Shown: piece after piece, positions 32,818 to 44,496 of the stretch
Layout: the number at the start of each line of letters is the position of its first letter
Position numbering within the stretch: position 1 is the first letter of the stretch
DNA from: Minutocellus sp. GHC0000111
Taxonomy: Eukaryota
DNA: 64,000 nucleotides
Direction of reading: 5' to 3'
NCBI GenBank assembly: GCA_977018835.1
Contig: OZ361259.1
Coordinates: 124,001 to 188,000 of the forward strand
The notes under the pieces: generated by a model
What the model was told of the DNA's origin: nothing
What the model saw: the letters and a program-made list of their open reading frames with translations, nothing else
Database searches by the model: none
Program-made: the position numbers and the translations under genes

Positions 32818-34461
32818 ATGCAAATGGCTGTTACTACTGCTGCCACCGCAGCTGATGCGCCAGCATGTCGCCGCTCCCGTCGGTCCGGCAGCTCCATCCC
32901 ATGCTTTGATTATTTTGTCCATCGGAGCGGCACCATCGATGCCTCTACGATTCGTGGCAAGTCTCCTGGGATGATCCAGACCATAGCGAACCGGGCATGG
33001 GCGGGCCTCTCACTTCAGAAACAGCAGGATGTTATGGAGCAAGCCCGAGAGGAGGAGCTGTGCTGTCCGAGCCAGACCGGTCCTGATCCGGCAGAAGATG
33101 TGCCGATTTCTCAAATTCAAATTGCTCGGCGCAATTCGTCATCCAATAACGCCGATGCCAGCCCTGAGCCGACGGTCGAGGACAATGCTGGTATCGCTGC
33201 TCGTCCTGGTGATGATAATATCGAAGCTGGGGGCATCGCCGAGTCCATGGTGGTGGATGGAAGCGGCAACAGTGAAGAATCTGGCAATCCTGCCAGTGTC
33301 GGTGTTTCTGCTACCGGCACCGCCAATTCTGGTGGATCGACCGAGAAGAATTTGGATGTGCTGCTGGTTGAGGCCGAAGCGCAATACAAAGCTGCAGAGG
33401 AGGCTTTGAAAGGGCTAAGGGACACCTTGAAACGAGAAAAGCGGAAGGATGAAAAGGCCATGGCCGATGCCGAGAAGAAAAGGAACAAAATGAAGGATGA
33501 GAACGGCAATTTACCGAATGGAAAGAAGCGAGTTCTCCTCGTGCATTACGATGAGAAATGGTTCTGGGGTCTCGTCCTCCGAGCTTTTGCGAAGGCTTGC
33601 GAGGAAATCGGCGTGAAAAAGCGAGATTACGCGGCCTTTCACAGGAGCCACATCAACAAGGTCATGGCCATTGCATTTGTTGCCGCTGTCTTTGACGGTT
33701 CTCTTGAGAGTGGGTGCGAGGTTGTAAAACTGCCACTGGTACGAGCTCAAGCTCCTAAAATAGCGGAGCGAGCTCAGTGCGAAGCAGTATCACAACCTGA
33801 TGGTTCAACACGGTACCCAAATACCAACCCCGATGGGACACCAAAGGAACCTCTTCGCCGGAAAGGAGAGTCGTTTCTTGTTGATTGTTGCGTTACTGGA
33901 TCGAACGAAGGCACCAAAAAGGATCCGAAATGCTCTTTGCTCCTCGTATTCAAGGAGAATATTTTCCCAGCGATTCTCAACCTTGTCGGTCCGGGCAAGC
34001 AATACGAAGATTGCCATATTATTATCCAGGGCGACCAGGCCGGGCCTCACGAGGACGGAACCTTCACGCAATTTGTTACTAACTTCTGTGCTGAGCAAGG
34101 CTGGACGTGGCAGCCACAGGCACCGCAGATGCCTCACGCCAACGTCCTTGACTTGAGCGTGTTCCCCGCGATGAGCCGGCGGCACTCGGAATGGGCACGA
34201 AAAATGGTAGGCACCTCCGTCATTTCCACCGACCAGATCTGGGACACTGCCGAGGACGTTTACGATAGCATGCCTAACTGCAAAATTGCTTCGGCCTTCA
34301 TTCAGTACTGGAGGATGATGGGCCTGGTGATTAAGGCCGGTGGTAGCAATGAGTTTGTTGGAAGGTTGGGTGACGAAAACTTGCACACTGGAATTAGGAT
34401 CGACTTCAACGAAACGGCCAAGGGGATGGAGCCCTCAGCTCGTCATCCTTCTAATAAATAG
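32818..34461 (+). CDS. Transposase copy 3, intact 547 aa, in frame with upstream GPCR tail
   Basis: No 2-bp insertion; ORF track 32596-34461 reads GELVD|ETFLISNPP...MQMAVTT. Confidence 0.88.
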   Translation: MQMAVTTAATAADAPACRRSRRSGSSIPCFDYFVHRSGTIDASTIRGKSPGMIQTIANRAWAGLSLQKQQDVMEQAREEELCCPSQTGPDPAEDVPISQIQIARRNSSSNNADASPEPTVEDNAGIAARPGDDNIEAGGIAESMVVDGSGNSEESGNPASVGVSATGTANSGGSTEKNLDVLLVEAEAQYKAAEEALKGLRDTLKREKRKDEKAMADAEKKRNKMKDENGNLPNGKKRVLLVHYDEKWFWGLVLRAFAKACEEIGVKKRDYAAFHRSHINKVMAIAFVAAVFDGSLESGCEVVKLPLVRAQAPKIAERAQCEAVSQPDGSTRYPNTNPDGTPKEPLRRKGESFLVDCCVTGSNEGTKKDPKCSLLLVFKENIFPAILNLVGPGKQYEDCHIIIQGDQAGPHEDGTFTQFVTNFCAEQGWTWQPQAPQMPHANVLDLSVFPAMSRRHSEWARKMVGTSVISTDQIWDTAEDVYDSMPNCKIASAFIQYWRMMGLVIKAGGSNEFVGRLGDENLHTGIRIDFNETAKGMEPSARHPSNK

Positions 34462-34556
34462 ATAGTATTAATATCTTTACACATGTATTAAATAAATGTT
34501 ACACATCTACAAATTATTTATAGATCTACATGTAAGATGCAGCAGCATTGGTTTGT

Positions 34557-35693
34557 TTATGTCACGGTGGGCTTCTTTGTTCTTCTATTTCTACCGGTAT
34601 TCTTTTTTGCCTCCTTGGCCTTCTTATGATCATTAGAAAGCCACACAGCGTGGAGGGACTGACGAATCTTTCCGCGCTTCACACCATATGCATCGGCAAG
34701 TTTATTGTCAGTGAGGGCAGGGTGAGCAGTTGGTTGTTTACTCCCATCCTCATATCCCAACTTACATGCATCTAATGCAATCTTGTCAGTAGATAATGCA
34801 ATAGAGAATTCTATTGTCTTTTTATCATACAATCCGAGTTCTCTGCTTCTCCACCCTTTCGGGTAGGCACCACGACCCTCTCTTACTTGGCGATCGACTT
34901 CGATCATGCCTAGCACTGTGGTGACCACGACCTCGCTACCCCAACCAGGAACTTGTTTGAAGGGGAGGTAGACCCCTTTCTCTTTTCTTCTTGGTTCGGG
35001 CCTCTGACTACATGTGGGTGACTTGTAGTTCTTTATATCTTGTGGTAGTGGTGCTTCTCCGTACGTCAAAAAGCACGCAAGCCTCCGATGTTCCTCAACC
35101 TCTCGTTCAATCTGTCGTTCGGTTGGTTCGGTTGGAGGCAAGGGCTCCAAGATGGTAGGGGATGACAATTGAAGGTTGCTGAACGACGGGCATGAGCGGC
35201 TTGGGGTAAGAGCATACTGAGTATGAACTGACATTGGACTTGTTACCATGGGCGTGGCGGAGGGAAGGTCGAATGAGCTCACGGGCTTTCTCCTCTCGCC
35301 GCTTGGCTTTGCGTCGGCGGTTGCTATGCTCATCTCTGAGAATGAATCATCTTCATCAGAATGAGATGAAACGGTAGCGGTACCGCGAAAGTCGGCACGC
35401 AATATGTCATGATGCAAGTACTTCCTTGCTTGGGCTTGTTCGGCGGCGAAGCCATCCTCTTCGTTGTGCTCGCGTCGATATTTCAACACACAAGGAGATG
35501 TGAGGTCTGACGATGCCGGTGGGACCCCTTGGTTGTCCTCCTCGTCATCGTTGTCCTTGTTCTCTCGACACCGCGGATGTTCCGGCGTTTCGTTGGAAGT
35601 TTCCTTCTCATGGCGCGAGGGGCTGAATGCAGTCGCCTCGGCGCGTTTCGGTGGACGCGGTGGACTGAAGATGTGTCCCTTTGGAGTATCCAT
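34557..35693 (-). CDS. Transposon ORF2, copy 3
   Basis: Same translation as copy 1. Confidence 0.75.
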   Translation of the reverse strand: MDTPKGHIFSPPRPPKRAEATAFSPSRHEKETSNETPEHPRCRENKDNDDEEDNQGVPPASSDLTSPCVLKYRREHNEEDGFAAEQAQARKYLHHDILRADFRGTATVSSHSDEDDSFSEMSIATADAKPSGERRKPVSSFDLPSATPMVTSPMSVHTQYALTPSRSCPSFSNLQLSSPTILEPLPPTEPTERQIEREVEEHRRLACFLTYGEAPLPQDIKNYKSPTCSQRPEPRRKEKGVYLPFKQVPGWGSEVVVTTVLGMIEVDRQVREGRGAYPKGWRSRELGLYDKKTIEFSIALSTDKIALDACKLGYEDGSKQPTAHPALTDNKLADAYGVKRGKIRQSLHAVWLSNDHKKAKEAKKNTGRNRRTKKPTVT

Positions 35694-36097
35694 GAGTGTG
35701 GAAGCTTCTTGAAGCGCCAGTCGGCAGAAGTTGCCCAGTCTATTTGTGGTAATTGCTTGGAGGTCGGTTGTTGACGGATGTGTTTTGATTTGCTTGCTTT
35801 GCCGCGTGTTTTTCAAGGTGTGCGCAAACCGCCGTGTCGGAAAGTCCAAAGACCCAAAAAACCGGGTCCCCGAAATTGCTGTCCCGGACCTCGTACTTGA
35901 GGTGTTGTTGATCACCAAAGCAAGTTTGTTGCTACTTTTTGATGTTTGTGCGGCGCGAGCGGTGTATTTCCATGATGTGTCACCACGTAAAAGCCTTGGA
36001 TGGTCCGTCGCCGCCGCATGATGGCAAAGATACCTAGGTACGGCCGGGCATCACGTCACGACATACATATGCCACAATAAATGACGGCCCTTCTTCG

Positions 36098-37312
36098 ATG
36101 AATCGATTCTATCCCCTCTCCACTCGGCTCTGGACGCGAAGACTAGCCATGCCACTTCAATCGGCACAAAAAGTCCAGCACATGATGAGACGATCCTCCT
36201 CCTCCTCCTCCTCGTCCGATCTTTCTCTCCCCTCCAGCACAGCGGTCGAACGATCCAGTCCTGCTCCACCACCGCTTCTCATGCTCGAGGGCGATAAGTT
36301 CGAATTGTCGGCAGATGGGATATCTCGAACGGCTTACAGGCTGAATCATCCTGATACGAGTGGCCTGCTCGTGGAGGAACTGTACGATATGAATAAGGCG
36401 ACCAAGACATTTATCCTCCGACGATCAGATGCGAACCACCAACATGCACACTATACTTATGATGCAACAACATCCAAAACGTCCAACCCCTCCATAGATC
36501 TGGGATCGGCATACCAAACCATCGAGCTACAGGAGCTTGCCGCCACCAAGGTCGATGCAGTTGGAACTGGAGCCATGTCTTGGGAGAGTTCCATTGCCAT
36601 GAGCCTGTTTTTCAGCTACAATCCACATTTATTATCTGGTCACATTCTTGAATTGGGCAGTGGCTGTGGACACGGCGGCATACTCGTTTTGAGTCAGCTG
36701 TTCAGCAATGAAAGTGGGAGAGGGCCGCATTGGCCATTCAGTGGCGACCACTCACGCTCTTGGAATCCACCCATCGAGAGCTTTGTGTTCACCGACTACC
36801 AAAACGAAATTCTAGACCAGTGCGCACGGAACGTTCACAGCGTGTTCTCTCAAAACAGTATTCCGTCTCAAGTTCATTTCCAAACAAAGATATTGGACTG
36901 GAATTTCTTTTCGGTAGAAGACGAGACATCACCCAGTGACTTACCACAATACAAAACCATTTTAGCGAGCGACTGTGCGTTTAGGTATTGCGACATCGAG
37001 CCGCTTTCGGAAACGATTGTGCGTCTCCTGTCGATACGTCAAGATGCCAGCTTCCATACCTTTGGACCGATTAATCGAGTTGCTCTTCATAGCTTGATCG
37101 AAGCCCTAAGGGCAAAGGGAATGAATGTCGAGGTGGAAACGCTCGAAATGGAAAGGCTGCGATTGATGCCCTCCAGAAGCAGCAATGTTTGTCTGGAGAA
37201 GAGAGCACGACAAGCTTCGGCGGGGATCGCCAAGATCCTGCATATTACAGCAAGGCAGGGGCACACCAACAAAGATAGTTTACATTCAAGCAATATGTGC
37301 GCATTGGATTGA
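36098..37312 (+). CDS. METTL21-like methyltransferase (duplicate)
   Basis: Same translation as 13243-14457. Confidence 0.85.
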   Translation: MNRFYPLSTRLWTRRLAMPLQSAQKVQHMMRRSSSSSSSSDLSLPSSTAVERSSPAPPPLLMLEGDKFELSADGISRTAYRLNHPDTSGLLVEELYDMNKATKTFILRRSDANHQHAHYTYDATTSKTSNPSIDLGSAYQTIELQELAATKVDAVGTGAMSWESSIAMSLFFSYNPHLLSGHILELGSGCGHGGILVLSQLFSNESGRGPHWPFSGDHSRSWNPPIESFVFTDYQNEILDQCARNVHSVFSQNSIPSQVHFQTKILDWNFFSVEDETSPSDLPQYKTILASDCAFRYCDIEPLSETIVRLLSIRQDASFHTFGPINRVALHSLIEALRAKGMNVEVETLEMERLRLMPSRSSNVCLEKRARQASAGIAKILHITARQGHTNKDSLHSSNMCALD

Positions 37313-37640
37313 TAAGGCAAGCTCGCAAAGATCTGCTAACTTGAGACACTCTTTTGCGATACCCTCCTATTTCTTGGTAGACAAATTTAGTTCTGAACCA
37401 AACCTATAAATTAATTCTTTGCAAACAAGTACTGTGGTAATCTCTCGTAAGTTCAATTATATTTAGAACGTATTTATGAAACTATACAGTTGCCTATCTT
37501 CTACGATTTTCGACTCAAGAATTAATTAATTTAGGCGAAGAGCGAACACATGGTCTTTGGCCAAGTAATAAGTAAGTTGACATCTATCTCACTTACTAGT
37601 ATTAAAGCCGCCAGTCAAGGAGAAGTACTTGCGTGATTTT

Positions 37641-38247
37641 CTAGCAATTGTCAGGACAATCAAAGTCAGCAGGAACACTACTATGAGTTGTATCAACAAG
37701 AACCGACGATCCTTCGGTGCTGGCGCAGGCCAGAACTGCATTTGCATTGTGACACCGACAATGCATTCCGTTCCCCGATTCGGCGCTGTGGTAATGAGCA
37801 TAAGGGTGGCCGTACTTTGAGCAAAATGCGGTGCAAGTTGCAGCAGAATGGGCAGGATCAGGATGGTTGGGATTATGTCCGATCGTTAGAGCAGAGTTTG
37901 TACCAACGGTAACGCCTTCGCAGTGCTCAAGCAAGCGTCGGTGACCTTCTCCACCACGGAGAAGATTCACCTCGGCGGCCTGCATTTTTAGATTGCACAA
38001 GAGAGAGAATGAAGAGGGAGGCGAAAGAACGTTTGTAAAGTAAGCGAGATAGAAAGCGCCGAGCATAAAGCAAGAAATTCTCCATTTGCACGCAGTATCG
38101 CAGTCACGGATTATGATATCTTCTGCCTCCACTGCGAACTTTGATCTCTCTCGCTTCGCCGCCAAAAAATCCATCATCCATCGGCCAGCACGACCTCACC
38201 TGAGCAGACGCCACAAAGAGAGCGAAGACAAGGGCAGATCGGATCAT
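37641..38247 (-). CDS. Small secreted Cys-rich protein (duplicate, 2 exons)
   Basis: Copy of 14786-15392. Confidence 0.75.
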
Positions 38248-38591
38248 GGTTTGGATTGCGCGGCAGCGATATTGATATCAACTCTATCAAGTGGGTTCGT
38301 GGAATGAAAGTTCGGGAAATGAGCACGTGGCGAGAGAGGGCATACTTCAAATCGGAAGCACAGGCGTGACATTTGGAGAAATCTTGCTGGGGAAGTGACA
38401 TTGATCCCGGGGATCTGCAGATCCTTGGTCCCGATCTTTGGGGACTGAGATGGCGCGCCAACTGCATGATGCGATGCAGAGATGATGATGCGGAAGTTGC
38501 TGATAGTAACAGAGCAGTGATGCAACTCGCAGCGCCCCCAGCAGAACTCTTCCCCTGAGCTTCTTTCTTCCTTTCTGCGTTGGTGACTGAC

Positions 38592-39935
38592 ATGTCTCAC
38601 CAGTTTCGATCCTCTCGGCGGCGTCCTCGCGGCGGCAACAATCGCGTGGCTTCTCGTCAATCATCTTCTTCTGCTGGGCACGACTCATTAGTGAGCGCAG
38701 GCGATGTTGATTTCCAACCTCTCATTGGGTCGATTGGTGATGATCGACAGAGCATTTTGAATTATCACCGCCAATATCGATCGTCACGAAAAATGAGGCC
38801 AATGAATGTGGCATCTCAACAAGATATCAACACGAAGAGCAGCAGCAGGACAATACACACAGAAGGCGGCGATTCCGAATCCAGCGAAGAAGCCCCCCTT
38901 TTGCAGCGCCCCTCATCCATAATGGAAAGCTCTACGTTTTTGGGCGTAGAAGACCGAACGTACCAGTCTACTTCCAGGCCACAACGCGCACGCAACCGTC
39001 GTCACTACCGGCGTCGACGAAGCAATGCCTGGGATCAAAGCGCTTCTGGTCACATCTTGGTCAATTCCAGCCCAATCAAAGACGTTGGTTGTTGTCACTC
39101 GGGTTGCTGTTGCGTGCAGTGTGTTCGCACAGGAGAAGTGGGCCTGCTGCAAATATTTGGACGATTCGAGCGCATTCTACCGCCTGGCCTCGTGTGCATG
39201 TGCTGGCCATGCTATCGAGTGGGACGGCTATCGTTACGAGTGCAGCAGCTGGACATGAAGCTTGAATCAAAAACAAAAGATGCAGTATTTGTAACTATTG
39301 GCCTATCTGTTCAGTACCGAGTTATGCGATCAGACGCATTCCAGGCATATTATTCGTTCACCGACCCAGAGAAACAAATCGTGGCGCTCGTTTATGATGC
39401 GGTGCGGTCCAATTCTATTCTTGCCGATGCAGTTAGGGCAAAACTTGATTTTATGCGGCGTTATGGATACAAAATCGTTAGCACGCTCATCACCAGCATC
39501 ACGCCTGTTGAAAGCGTTCGTCGCTCGATGAACGAGATCAATGCTTCAAAGAGAATCAAGGACGGGGCGCCCTATCGGGCCGAGGGCAAAAAGATCGCGA
39601 GAGTCAAGGCCGCCGAGGCTGGAGCTGAAAAATCTTATCTGGATGGAGTGGGCGTTGCGAGCGCTCGGATGGCAATTGCCGCTTCCATGAAGGAATCACT
39701 TCTCAAGCTTGATGTCAAGGAGAGCTTGAGACCGAAACATGTTATGGACCTCCTCCTTGTGTCGCATTACATGGACACACTCTCTGCCCTTGGTGCCAAT
39801 AGCCTTGTTGTCAAGAATGCCCCAGATGAAATCCCTTTCCTCAAACGCGAGATTTCAGAGTATTTCGCATCCCCCGTCGTTGTAGAAACAAAGTGCGAGG
39901 AACCCAGCTCATTGTCGGAGCTTTTTCCAACATGA
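38592..39935 (+). CDS. SPFH/Band 7 protein (duplicate)
   Basis: Copy of 15737-17080. Confidence 0.88.
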   Translation: MSHQFRSSRRRPRGGNNRVASRQSSSSAGHDSLVSAGDVDFQPLIGSIGDDRQSILNYHRQYRSSRKMRPMNVASQQDINTKSSSRTIHTEGGDSESSEEAPLLQRPSSIMESSTFLGVEDRTYQSTSRPQRARNRRHYRRRRSNAWDQSASGHILVNSSPIKDVGCCHSGCCCVQCVRTGEVGLLQIFGRFERILPPGLVCMCWPCYRVGRLSLRVQQLDMKLESKTKDAVFVTIGLSVQYRVMRSDAFQAYYSFTDPEKQIVALVYDAVRSNSILADAVRAKLDFMRRYGYKIVSTLITSITPVESVRRSMNEINASKRIKDGAPYRAEGKKIARVKAAEAGAEKSYLDGVGVASARMAIAASMKESLLKLDVKESLRPKHVMDLLLVSHYMDTLSALGANSLVVKNAPDEIPFLKREISEYFASPVVVETKCEEPSSLSELFPT

Positions 39936-42900
39936 TTCTACCTGCAATATGGATTGTTGCGTTTCAATGATCTAAGTATGTATCTAATCTAGAAAGTAGA
40001 AATTTACAATTCATCACCGGCATACGTTTGTTCGGGTGCACGCAGGCTGGCTCCATCGGTAGTATTCAGCCTGGAAAGGACATCAAGCAACAACGTACGA
40101 AGCTCGCCGACCTCTTGACTTAGCATATCTGTCTTTTCATCAAGAGATCGAATCTTCTCCTCAAAACTACTGTCATCTGCATTTACAGTCTCATGGGACA
40201 ATGGCGACGCGGGAAATTTCGATAAGAGCCATCCCGGGATAGTAATTGCGAGAACGACTAACAAGCCGACCAGAACAATTCGAACAGAAGTGTTTTGAAG
40301 CGCTGATGATGCAGCCTCGATAGTCTTTGATACAATGGCCTTCACAGGACCTGAAGTAACAATCTTCTTCAAGAGCGAAAGCAGCAATTGGAACATGCGG
40401 ATTGCCATCGATTTCGAATCACCCTTCATCTCCTCTTCGCCATTTGTTCTTCCTCATCTTCGCCATCATCGCCAGCACCACACGCCTCCTTCGCCGCATC
40501 AAACAATGAAAAATGAATTGGTTTGGTTTCGGTTATCGTACCGCTCTGAATTTTGGCCTTAAGCACTGTCGATTTCTTAAAGTCGACAAAAACTCCAACA
40601 TCAATCACCAAGTCCTTTCCAGCCCGTCGAGCTACCCATCTCACTTCGACCGCAAAGCAATCGGCATACGGAATGCCGTCCATCTCGACGGTCATAGTCA
40701 GTACAAACTTATCGTCACCTTCCATTCGGCAATATTGCGTTTGCGTGACACCGGCTATTGGGGGACCAACATAGAGATGCGTCGTGCGAGTAAACTTGAA
40801 TTTGACAATTCTTTTCTGATCCATCTTTTCGCCGCTCCAGGGACGAGTCAAGCCCTCTGTAACCTCCCAGTCACCGACGCTTATATCATGACTGTTCTTA
40901 CTTTCCAGAAATTTGTGGTAGAATGGCCCACTGTCCGTGTCGCCGTTTCCCTCGGACCAACACATGTCATAAAAGTGCTTGAGCGAGACTCCCGTGAGTC
41001 TCTTTGAAAGCACCGGGTCCATCTTTGCCAGATTTTCATCTGGCTGGACGGTTGGAGCGGCTTTCCGCTTCTTCTTTTTCCCTGTCAAGTCTGAAAGTTG
41101 CGTCGCGACTGTGGTCAGCTGGTTGAGTAGCTGAAACGCCTTTTCACGGTATGAGTAAGCGAAACTGCCAAAGAAATATGAAGACTCCCCATCGCCGGCA
41201 TCAAATGTTACCCGGATCGAATTGTCGAGCTGAATAAAAGTATCCGAGTGACGGGTAGATCAAATGAAAAGCAAGCAAAAGTGTTGAGAACAACGAAAAT
41301 ACAGTAACAAGTCGAACAAACACCTCTTCAAAACAAAAAAAGATAGATAACTTTTAGAGAAAGAGAAGAGAAAATACTACTCACCGGGCCGATGCTATCT
41401 TTTGTGATAGATACGACGTCTTCCCACTTCAAAATCAGCTTCTTATCACCCCAGCCGATGAAATACATCTTTTGGGAAGTGACGAACATTCGCCCATGCA
41501 ACAAGGGCGACATGAATCCCTCCTCTTCCTTTGGCCAGTACGCACAGGAGTAGCTATCGATGACAGTCGGGGGCATGGTCTGCTTACTACCTCCGGATGC
41601 GCCATCTCCCTTTCCTTGGCCTTCTTCTTCTCCAAAATGCGCTAGAAATAGCTGCATTTCCGCAGAAGTCGTTGCGTCGGATGATTCGGGTGCCGCCTTT
41701 TCTGCAGTCGCCACTTTGAGCGTCTCTGCAAGGTTCTTCAATTCTTTGGTTGCTACGGACATACGCTCTAGCGCCACAACGGGCATAGATGAGGATCGAT
41801 GCATTCCCTCGGTCATTGTTGCATCTTGTTCTCCATCAAAGGGCTCATTTGCGTCCACTTTCCGCTCAGAAAGCGGTTTTGGCGTCGTTGATTCATGATC
41901 TTTGATAGAGGCAGGAGTACGTGGTGCAGCAGTAATTTTTGTACCCTTCTCTTTCCCATGAGAGCTTGCATTCTTTCGCACAGACTTCGATTCTCCATTT
42001 TCTCCCTCCGCAACAAATTGCACTAGTTTGTAAACGTCTTTGGAGTTCACTCGCTTCGCCTTGAGCACATATCCGCCCTTCTCCTTTGATTCGCCAGACT
42101 TTTTGCTAACTTCCTCAATATGAGAAAATACATTCTGTTGCATCGAAAAGCTCCACTCGAATAAATCCTCCAAAACCCGAGGGCCACTGTATTCTTGTAT
42201 TTTTGTTGCCGCTGGATCGATTCCGACATAGCGCGTTTCTCGAAAATGTTGAAAGAAGGATGCAATTACTTCAAATCCGACGGTTACAGCGTTCCACAGG
42301 ATTTCGGCCTTGGCAATGGCTTGGTTATCTGCGGCGCGGGCCGTTGCGACGTAGGATTGGATGGCCTTCTCCTTAGCAACCTGCGCGGATTCGTACGCCA
42401 GCTTATCCGCCTGCTGCTTGGCCGTTGTTTCTTCAAGAGTCTTCTTCGCCAGCGCAAGACGCTGCTCTGAATTGAGCATTTTGGTCAATGCCTCGTCTTC
42501 CATTCCACTTGGAAGCATAGACAACATTCCACCTATGGCTTTGGTCATGGGCGATGACATGCCGGCACCAACGCCATATTGCTGACTGACTGATGCTGAT
42601 GACGAAGCAAAGGAGGCAGCTTGTTGAGCCATTCGTTCTTCTGCTTTTTCTAACGCGGCAACCGATTGCTCATGTCGCAAGCGTGCCTTGGCCTCTGCTT
42701 TAGCGTGATCTGTACAGTGCTTCCACCTCATTTCTTCAGAATCGACGGCAGATCGCAGATCCTTCTCGGCCGAACTCACTAACTTTCCAATCAACTTGTC
42801 ACCATCTTCTTGAATTTTGCCACCTAAATCTGATGCAACCTTTGCCGCGTTCCCAAGAGTTTCAATATATCTGTTCCAGCAAGCCAGGGCACGGTCACCC

Positions 42901-44496
42901 TCGGACTGATTCAAGACGACCGCCAACACATCGCCGCTCTTGTTCTTACTACTTGCACCAACATATCCCATTTCCGAGAGCTTTGACCGCAATCCAGTGG
43001 AAAACTCAAATGCAGCCGACGCGATTTCCATAAAGTAAGCAGCAACAGCCTTGAGGGCATGAGTGCAGCTCGTTTGGTCCTGCAGCCTTGCCTTCATGGT
43101 TTCTCGCCACCGACCGACGTCTTCCGGCAGATTCAACTCGATGGCCTCCTGAACAGCTGACTTACCCGCGGCGGTATCGGTGGATGGTAGAACCTTGTTC
43201 AAAATGGACGCCGAGGATACCTGGGAATGAGACCCGACGGATATGTTGGCATCGCTGATTGCGGATGCAGCGTCATCCACCTCTCCCAATGCACTGCCGG
43301 ACGAGTCCATATCACCGCGTGCTTGTGGCACCAGCACCATCTTATCCAGGGCACCCCTCTCGGCCTGCAGGGCGCGGCCGAGCGTCTCCACCAGGAACTG
43401 AAGTCGCTCTTCCTCCAGCTTCTGCAACGAATCCAACGCCATGATCTCCATGGTCTGAGCTCTCGACACGGCCTGATTCTCCTCTTCGACCAGCCGGCAG
43501 TATTCGCTTTCGCATTTCGGAACCTCCTCGAGGGCCTTGAGGACCAGCTGAGATGACTGGGACAGTCCGCTGCCCTGCTTCTTGCCACCGACGAACTTGC
43601 GCTTGAGGTCTTCCCAGGACAAAATATCCGCGGCGGCGGCGGCCGATGAGCCGTTCTCTGCAGATGCACCTGATGTCGATGCCGCCGCCGACGCAGCTGC
43701 TCCTGTTGCATCGTCGCTGCCACCCTCCTCCATATTCTTGGCCCGCCTCAAAGTACCAATGGCCTCCTCGGCCTCCGCCACGGCCCGTTCGTACCGCGCC
43801 TGGGCCCTCAGAGCATTCTGCCGGGCACTAGCACATTTCGCCCTCGTCAACGCGTACCGGTTGAAGATGCCCGGCACGGCCTCGGCCATGGCCGACGACG
43901 ACCCGTGCAACGGCCGGGCGACGCTGCCCTTGAGGCAGATGGCCAACCCCTGCGTCTGCTTGGCGAACGAAATCAGGCACCGGTTGGTCTCCCTCAGCAG
44001 GGGAGACACTGCGGGTGAAAATATCCCACCGCCCGCATTGGTACTGCTATTGGTGCCTGCACCGCCACCTCCACCATCCAAGGCCGCCAAGTTGTGACAC
44101 GATTGCAGTATCGACCCGGCCAACCCATCGTGCAGGGCCGCCACGTCGGCGAGCAGCGTGGCCGATCGCTTCCCGCATCTCGACAGCGTCCTGGCCCGCT
44201 CCGACGCCGCCCGCAGCCCCAGCCCGTGCAGGTTGCTGGCCTTGGTCAGTTCTCGGGACGGGCTGAACTTTCCCCCGCGCGTTGGGCTGCGCAGTACGAG
44301 GTCCGGGACAGCAATTTCGGGGACCCGGTTTTTTGGGTCTTTGGACTTTCCGACACGGCGGTTTGCGCGCACCTTGAAAAACACGCGGCAAAGCAAGCAA
44401 ATCAAAACACATCCGTCAACAACCGACCTCCAAGCAATTACCACAAATAGACTGGGCAACTTCTGCCGACTGGCGCTTCAAGAAGCTTCCACACTC

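Larger units (their letters stand above)
32735..35893 (+). mobile_element. Transposon copy 3, lacking the left 500 bp including left TIR
   Basis: Begins at the duplication junction; right TIR ends 35893 followed by TA. Confidence 0.9.
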
